Source: Bugula neritina (Eukaryota > Animalia > Bryozoa). From it: a stretch of 18,628 bases of DNA. Positions 12,369 through 18,628 of this stretch are shown one piece after another. The notes beneath the pieces were generated by a model. The model made no database searches and was not told the DNA's origin. It saw only the letters and a program-made list of their open reading frames with translations. The DNA is taken from positions 1-18,628 of the forward strand of contig CAXIUT010000233.1 in assembly GCA_964035545.1 (NCBI GenBank). Direction: 5' to 3'. Each line of letters opens with the position of its first letter. Within the stretch, counting starts at the first letter, position 1. The position numbers and the translations under genes were made by a program.

Positions 12369-13433
12369 ATGAGAAGTCTTTGGGTAAAGCAATACTTAAA
12401 GCATTCCGAACATACCTAAAAGTACACATGCGTAATATGCTATACATTTACAACAAAACCCTTTATCTGCAATGGAAAATGCCAACAACCCTTTTGTTTA
12501 GATTGCATTAGCAAAATAAAACTAACTAGACGTTCATGTCCATTTCTATGTTCATAGCAACCCTTCGAACTAACCTACTGCCAAAACATCAATCAATAAT
12601 TTTGGTGTCCCTTCAATAAATAACTATGCTAGAAACCCATAAAAAGTCTTAATGAATTTTACGAACATGTGGATTGCAAATATATAACCTAGACCATGAA
12701 AAATAAACAATTCAACTACGATAGATATTGCTGTGATGAAGGACATGAACTATACTATTTAGATGGGTAGGATTTATCTATGCTTTATCGATATAATTTT
12801 AAGAAAAAAACATTGTCATCGAAATGCTCCTCTTGCGGTGACATCAATATCTGCAGAACGATATGTCCTAAATGCAGTTCTCAAGATAAGTTGATGCTTT
12901 TTTGTCCGTTTTGCCGAAGAACTCCCAGTACCAAAATGGCATGTCTGTTTAATCATAAATATTATAAATAAGAAGTCTAAAAAGATAGATATTGTGATTT
13001 TTGTGGTACACAAGCATGTAAACTAGGAAATTATGTCTATAATGATCGCTAGTGTAACATAGATATTTGCTAAACATGCTACATCAACGTACCTGAAACC
13101 AGCTCACTCAGACTTGATAAAATGTCAAAAGAGCAACTCCATTATCTTGGTTAAAACTTCAAAGAAGACGATACTTATAAATTTGTAGAAGAATAAGAAA
13201 ATAATCAAGAATCATTGATACGACCGATGGTTGCCATCTAATACAGACCAGAAATATAAAATTAAGAACATTCAGAAAACGAATCATCACTATCGAATGA
13301 AAGTAGTCTGTCAAATGTGTCTTATATGAATTCTAGTGGTTCAGAATACTAGTCTTCACCTGCGTTATTTCTGCTAGAATTAAGAGATCTATCTAATAAT
13401 TAACAAGTAGAATAAAGATAAACTTATTCATGA
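12369..13433 (+). CDS. RING-like + multi-zinc-finger protein, paralog 1 (~354 aa)
   Basis: C-x2-C-x9-C-x3-C-x4-C-x2-C-x10-C-x3-C, then a TRAF-like finger (CPFNKELC..HVDC), two C-x3-H...CxxC modules and an acidic/Ser tail. Open ATG to TGA. Confidence 0.85.
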
Positions 13434-13568
13434 TCAGATTAACAACCATATTTTATTTATAGATTCATTAAATACAATCAACTGATAATTAATAATTTGT
13501 TTATTTATAAATTCTTTCATTAAACTCTGAATATATATATCTTGTACTTATTGTGATATTGTTTTCTG

Positions 13569-14645
13569 ATGCGCACCTTTAAGCCTAAAACCTACATAAA
13601 ATCAACATAAAAAACAGCCCAATACGAATGTTCAATTTGCAACTATATTGCATAAAAACCATATATCTGCAAAGGACGTTGCGGTCAAACCTACTGCTTT
13701 CAATGCATGAACTGCATCAAAAGAAATAACAACTAATGTCCCTTCAAGTGTTCAAAACCCTTCGACCTGATTGAATGCAAAGAAGTATAACTCTAATTCA
13801 AATGTCCTTTTAACCCACAATAGTGCAAATAATTTATTTTATCACTCAATTCGTTTTATTCTCACAGCAATTATTGTAAATACCTTCCTCTTAACTGGAA
13901 ATAAAAATAATAAAACTACAAACAGTATCGCTGCGATAAAGGACACAACCTTTTCTTTATCGATGGAGATGACATGGTTGCATTATACGGACACAGCTTT
14001 TACGAAGACATCCTCAACGCCATTTGCTCTGGCTGCAAAGACAAAGGATTATGCAGAACTATTTGCCCATAATGCAGCACTAAAGATAAATTTGTTCACT
14101 ATTGTACCACCTGTCGCATCACCCCCTGTACTAGAGCTACTTGTCTTTATGCGCATTAGTTTTCAAAAGAAGTCAATATAGCAACTACCAGAATTTGTGA
14201 TTTTTGTGGAACAGCTGCCCACTTGCTTGGTCCTTTCGTCTACATCGATAGATAGTGTAATTTTGATATTTGTTAAGCTTGTTTTGTAAAACTTCCAGAA
14301 GAGCATGAGTTGGTGCCTTTCAAGACATCAAAGGAAGTCATTGCTCATCTTCATAAGCCTAAAAGTAACTTCAATAATAATATAGATCATTATGGGTTTG
14401 GATATCAACAATACATCAATATGATTGGAAATGTTCAAAGTTAATAATCTGACTAAGATAATTCATCTAGCTTTTCTCTTGAAGAGATAGATAATCTTGT
14501 CATAGGTATCAATGGAGAAGAACACGCTTAATAAGAAAATGAAGAATAATAAGACTAGCATCATATTGGCTCAGAAAATGACCTTCATCTCGATGCTGAA
14601 TAAAATCATATCAACCTTAATTTATAAGCTGAAGAAGAAGAATGA
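13569..14645 (+). CDS. RING-like + multi-zinc-finger protein, paralog 2 (~358 aa)
   Basis: Collinear Cys/His pattern with 12369-13433 (shared CPFN, CRTICP.CS..DK, CDFCGT and DRECN.DICE.C) and an acidic tail. Confidence 0.85.
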
Positions 14646-14698
14646 TAAAAATACATAAATTTCAATAATAATTCTATATTTATTTAAAAGTTCCAAAA

Positions 14699-15661
14699 TC
14701 ATAAAACTCTTTAAACTATCTCATGACCAACTACCTTCCTCTCCATCAAATCCGCCACCTCTTCTTCCACAAGAAATCCTACTGCATTTACAGGAATAGA
14801 TCTCAAACAAACTGTAAATAGTCCCCTTGTAAACCCTTTCAATCCATACTTCTTGTAGTTAACTAAAAAACAATCAAACATATTTCTATAAGTTTTATTA
14901 TCCAGATCTTGAGATTGGATCTTTGTCTTTATAAAATCTATTGGATAACCAAATATCCAAGAAGACAACCCAGCTATTCCACCAGCTATCATGATTTTTA
15001 GTTTTTATTGTAGACCTCCTTAATGATCATATTTCATCTTTTTTTTTATAATTTAAAAACTAGTAAAAAAAATACCCATAGCTAAAATCTATCTCACCAA
15101 AGTAACTCCAAAACCCAAATAAATACCTCTTATTCCATGTCTGTTAAAAATATCTCTCACTGCTTGACTTTATCCTTGATAATTTTATTTAGTAGTTCGG
15201 TCTTCTTTTTGCATTAAAATTCTAATATGGTCAGCCGGTGTCTATCTTAAGAAAAGTTTACAACTGAGATAGCACTGGGAATTCCAGTTAGAAGACTGGC
15301 CAGAAATAAAGTAGAATCTGATTATTTTCCATTTATTTTAGCAAGAACATTTCTAAAATAGCGATTAAAGCCAAATTGCATTGAGCATTGTAATCCATAC
15401 CCAATTAATGGAGATTTAGTTCCTTTATATTTTATAAAATACCTTTAACAAAAAGAAAGTACCTTTATAGAAAGAAAATAACCCTTCTTCCTCAAGAATC
15501 GTTTTAAATGATCTTATAAATCCTCGATATTTAACTTAACCATCATGTTCATTTACTTGTCTTAGTTTAATTATTTAAAAAGGTTGCATGACTAAAACTT
15601 GGGAAATACCCGAAAGCGCTCCTGAAACAAACGTTTTTAAATCTTCATCGAAGTTAAACAT
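14699..15661 (-). CDS. Mitochondrial carrier (SLC25 family, carnitine/acylcarnitine- or amino-acid-carrier-like), 300 aa; exons 15661-15463, 15422-15262, 15241-14699
   Basis: Three Px[DE]xx[KR] signatures (PFEIIK, PADHIR, PIDFIK), plus EEGLFSFYKG, GIRGIYLG and GLKGFTRG. The spliced length is 903 nt. Substrate specificity is inference. Confidence 0.93.
15242..15261 (-). other. 20-nt spliceosomal intron (GTAAACTTTTCTTAAGATAG)
   Basis: Removal gives SAISV|TPADHIR, restoring the frame and the second carrier signature. A 23-nt GTT donor would also be in frame. Confidence 0.82.
15423..15462 (-). other. 40-nt intervening sequence made of two abutting 20-nt GT..AG units
   Basis: GTACTTTCTTTTTGTTAAAG (15462-15443) is immediately followed by GTATTTTATAAAATATAAAG (15442-15423). 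Removing all 40 nt gives FYKG-TKSPLIG. Confidence 0.85.
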
Positions 15662-15744
15662 AGAGTTTTATTCTTCTAAATCGTCAATAAAATAATTAAC
15701 CGTAATAGTCAAAAATCGAGATTTATAATTAAGCTAATTATTCA

Positions 15745-16287
15745 ATGGATAGATATCAAAAATACGACAACCTAAAAGCTCCATGGAAAAACGATCCAAA
15801 AACAAGAAACGCCTTGATATAAAGACTCAGATAGGATTCCTCAAAAATAGACAACTCATAGAATCTCTTCACATAGTAAAAAATAACATAAGAATATTAC
15901 AAAACATGGCTTGATCTGCCATCAACCGCAGCTCTCCATAAAATATCACAACACCCTCTACTAGATAAAAAAATGCAATCAGTTATCGACTAACAACTCC
16001 AATAACAAAAAAGTAGTCAAATCAAGTGGTCAGTTGGCTGTACAGCAGTAACATTGCTATTCTACACATTTGTTTTTAGCAGAATGCCAAGATTTGTTAA
16101 ATTTTATAACCATCCTAAATCATCAATTTTAACTAGAGGCATAAAGAAATCTGTTTCTATGTATGCAGTTTTTCTAGCATGGGTTGCTTCTTTTACTTCA
16201 ACCTACTAAAAAACATTACCAGAATAATTATAAAAAAAAGGACTTACTAAAGAATTACAAATTCTAGGAAAACCATCCAATAATTGA
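15745..16287 (+). CDS. Hypothetical membrane protein with two predicted TM helices (~180 aa)
   Basis: Open ATG to TGA-T. Hydrophobic segments WSVGCTAVTLLFYTFVF and VSMYAVFLAWVASFT. Confidence 0.7.
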
Positions 16288-16315
16288 TATTCTATTTTAT
16301 ATCTCTAAAATAAAA

Positions 16316-17365
16316 TCATATTTAGTTATAATTTTTCTTTCTTATAGAAATACGAGCTCTTCCTGGATTAAGAAATTCATCTGTTGGTTATTTATTGATA
16401 CTACTATGTCTTTTCTTTAGCTGTCTTTTCTGCCCAAAACTCATATTTTACCCAAAACTTATCTTAGAACCAAAACTTATCTTCTAACGTGGTTTTAAAC
16501 TCTATCTCTAGGAACTTATTTTTGAGAGAAGTATCGTGTCACTTGCTCCTGAAAAAACACTGACCTGTTTAGGTGAATAGTTGAGTCCTCTTCTTCCGTC
16601 TTTGTTGATTTTGGCTCTTAGTTTTCTGTAATGATCTTAATTTTAAATTGACATTCTTTGTTCAACTATTTATTTAAGTTAATTATCTATTCTTTAAGCT
16701 TATTTGAGTTATTATTGATACAATTTATCGATATTTTTAAGATATTTTTAATAATTTTAAACAGTCTATTATTTTTCCTTAATAAATATATTTTTTTTAT
16801 CTTCTAGCAACTAACTAAAATAAGCAACTTTCTTTTTATTTCTATTAAGTTGCTAAATAATCTCTGACCTTTCCTAATCCCCACTATTTTTCAAATACTG
16901 CCACCACTAATTACTTTCCTAAATATCCTAATTCTGCAATACACTACTCAACATCTAAGATCTCTCTTGGTTGATTTGCCCAGACACTTGTTCTTCAATT
17001 TAAGTCTATCTATTCAAAGACCAATTATTCTATTTATTCAACTATCTACTCAACCGAGTCAAATCTCTATTAGTCTTCATATGCGATATCAGTCTGTTCT
17101 GCTGCTCTAGTTTAAATTAAGAAACAGCTATATTCAGATAGATGCCTAAACTATGCTAGGGATTAGTCTATGGTTTTTGCTTTTGTTATTATTTTGATTT
17201 GTTTCCCACAGTTAAGTGGATTAACTTTCTAGTCCTGTCTCTTTTCAGTCGATTTGTTGATTGGTTCTCTGTTCCCTTGTTTCGAACTGAAGTTAACATC
17301 CTCTTCGTTCTCTGGCATATTGTCAAATCGATTTTGTAAGGACGTGGTTCAATCGCTTGCTGCAT
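16316..17365 (-). CDS. Hypothetical coiled-coil protein (~349 aa)
   Basis: 350-codon TGA-free frame. E/K-rich heptad region (LYQEELKEAERIDNELKEIVEQR) and three short (K/N)(I/M)SFG repeats near the C-terminus. Confidence 0.7.
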
Positions 17366-17439
17366 TTTTTAAATTTAAAATTAACGAGTATTTATCACAA
17401 CTATAGCATCAATATTGTCAATAGAATCAATAGAATCCA

Positions 17440-17525
17440 GGGGTTGGGGTTGGGGTTGGGGTTGGGGTTGGGGTTGGGGTTGGGGTTGGGGTTGGGGTTG
17501 GGGTTGGGGTTGGGGTTGGGGTTGG
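17440..17525 (+). repeat. Telomeric repeat (GGGGTT)n, right chromosome end or interstitial tract
   Basis: Perfect 86-bp G4T2 array, the complement of the tract at 1-94 and in 3'-end orientation. Confidence 0.97.
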
Positions 17526-17591
17526 CTGTCAGTTAGCATTTTATTTATTTAAATTTTAATATATATCAGTTAATCTATTATTTTAAATTTG

Positions 17592-18389
17592 ATGAACACT
17601 ATCATCACTCATTTCATCCTCCTCACTCTCTTCACTCTATCTCTCGCCTCCTGTCCATCAAATTCACTTAAAACAAATCAAAACAATAGCACCTGCAATT
17701 TCAACTTCATGTGGTCATCTGGATGCCAAGTCAATCAATTCATCTTATGCACCATATCAACTTACCACTCCTCAGGAAGTTCACATAAAAGATACTATAA
17801 CTATGAATAATGCATATAGAAATGCTGTGACATGGATCCATCTGGAGATAAATATGAACAAGTATCAACTTGCGCATCTAAAAATCAAATAAAAACCACC
17901 TAGAGTTCACTCCTATATATCATCTTAGTAAGCATTATCTCAACTGTTGCCAGCATAATTGCTATTCTATCTTGTTGCTGCATATATCAAAGATGCAAAG
18001 CGAGCAGTCGAGTGCAGGAAAATCCATAGCGAATAGCAAGAAATTAGAAATAAAATAAACATGAGCCATAGATGTCAAGAGAATAGCTATTTTTCTAAAT
18101 GAATTGGATTAAAACTCATAAACGTGTCAGTTAATATGACTGTCCTATTTGTCTAGATCAAAGACCCAACCTCTAACTATCATGCGGACACCATTTCCAT
18201 CCCCATTGCTTCTACTAGTGGCTCAAAAAGAAAAAATAGTGCGGAATATGCCGAGGAACAAAAATACAATCCTTTCAACTAACTTGTCTCAGATGCCATA
18301 AAAGAAAAGTAGATATACCATTAAATCGGTTAAAAAAAATAAAGAAGAAAAGTTTACAACTCTGCTAAAAATGCACCATCAAATAATGA
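17592..18389 (+). CDS. Type I transmembrane RING-H2 E3 ligase-like protein (~265 aa)
   Basis: Signal peptide MNTIITHFILLTLFTLSLA, Cys-rich ectodomain, TM segment LLYIILVSIISTVASIIAILSCCC, RING-H2 CPIC..CGHHFHPHCFYEWL..CGICR and an extra CxxC..CxxC pair. Confidence 0.88.
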
Positions 18390-18427
18390 TAATCATTTAA
18401 ATATTTATGTTATTCTATGTTTATATC

Positions 18428-18461
18428 GATGATAAGTGTTGATGATAAGGGTTGATGATAA
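18428..18461 (+). repeat. 13-bp tandem repeat, ~2.6 copies (GATGATAAGKGTT)
   Basis: gatgataagtgtt gatgataagggtt gatgataa. Confidence 0.6.
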
Positions 18462-18628
18462 AATGAAGGAATCAATCAATTAAGAATTATTTCTTTATGA
18501 GAATTGCAACTATCACAAATATTATCTTAATTACTTTATAGTTTTCTGAGTTAGTAGTACATAATAGTTCTATATTTTTTATAACACTTTACACAATAAT
18601 ACTTGAAATTTCCTAAATCATTCTTCCT

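Noticed and set aside
10038-14181. Track ORFs 10038-10304, 12329-12511, 12816-13013 and 13771-14181
   Set aside because: They are wrong-strand or wrong-frame overlaps of the SET and zinc-finger genes, with no motifs.
15463-15482. Third adjacent 20-nt GT..AG unit (GTTATTTTCTTTCTATAAAG), suggesting a third intron or a tandem-duplication origin of the twin introns
   Set aside because: It encodes the conserved GLFSFYKG, has a GTT rather than GTA donor, and removing all three units frameshifts the gene. Its identity to the twin introns (12-13 of 20) is unconvincing in AT-rich DNA.
95-17439. Tetrahymena-type chromosome breakage sequence or a shared subtelomeric motif; tRNA, rRNA, CRISPR or transposase
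   Set aside because: None was recognisable by eye, and the two subtelomeric flanks share no evident motif.
370-18389. Pseudogene cluster, or standard ciliate code (TAR=Gln, table 6)
   Set aside because: Frames are intact up to TGA, and TAR consistently sits at Glu-conserved rather than Gln-conserved positions.

Overview
This is AT-rich eukaryotic DNA from a ciliate macronuclear genome. A (CCCCAA)n telomere at 1-94 and a (GGGGTT)n tract at 17440-17525 bracket an apparently complete ~17.5 kb multigene minichromosome, followed by ~1.1 kb of further genic sequence. The supplied ORF track uses the wrong code. In-frame TAA and TAG fall on invariant glutamates (TTLL WLI-TAG-VN and FSF-TAA-IFG, glycerate kinase ADGG-TAG-G and ITG-TAA-G, SET TAA-LFINY, carrier PF-TAA-IIK). 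So UAR=Glu and UGA is the only stop, the peritrich-type code (NCBI table 30). Manual re-translation gives 12 intact genes: a TPR protein, a TTLL tubulin ligase, a RING/B-box/LRR protein, a bacterial-type class I glycerate kinase, a GC-rich SHAQKYF-like MYB, a TPR-SET methyltransferase, two tandem RING/multi-zinc-finger paralogs, an SLC25 carrier, two unknowns and a transmembrane RING-H2 ligase. Three observations stand out. All four inferred intron units are 20 nt. Two of them sit back-to-back with no exon between them (AG|GT, candidate recursive splicing of tiny introns). All 12 genes end in the tetranucleotide TGA-T. All translations were done by hand and no database searches were run.
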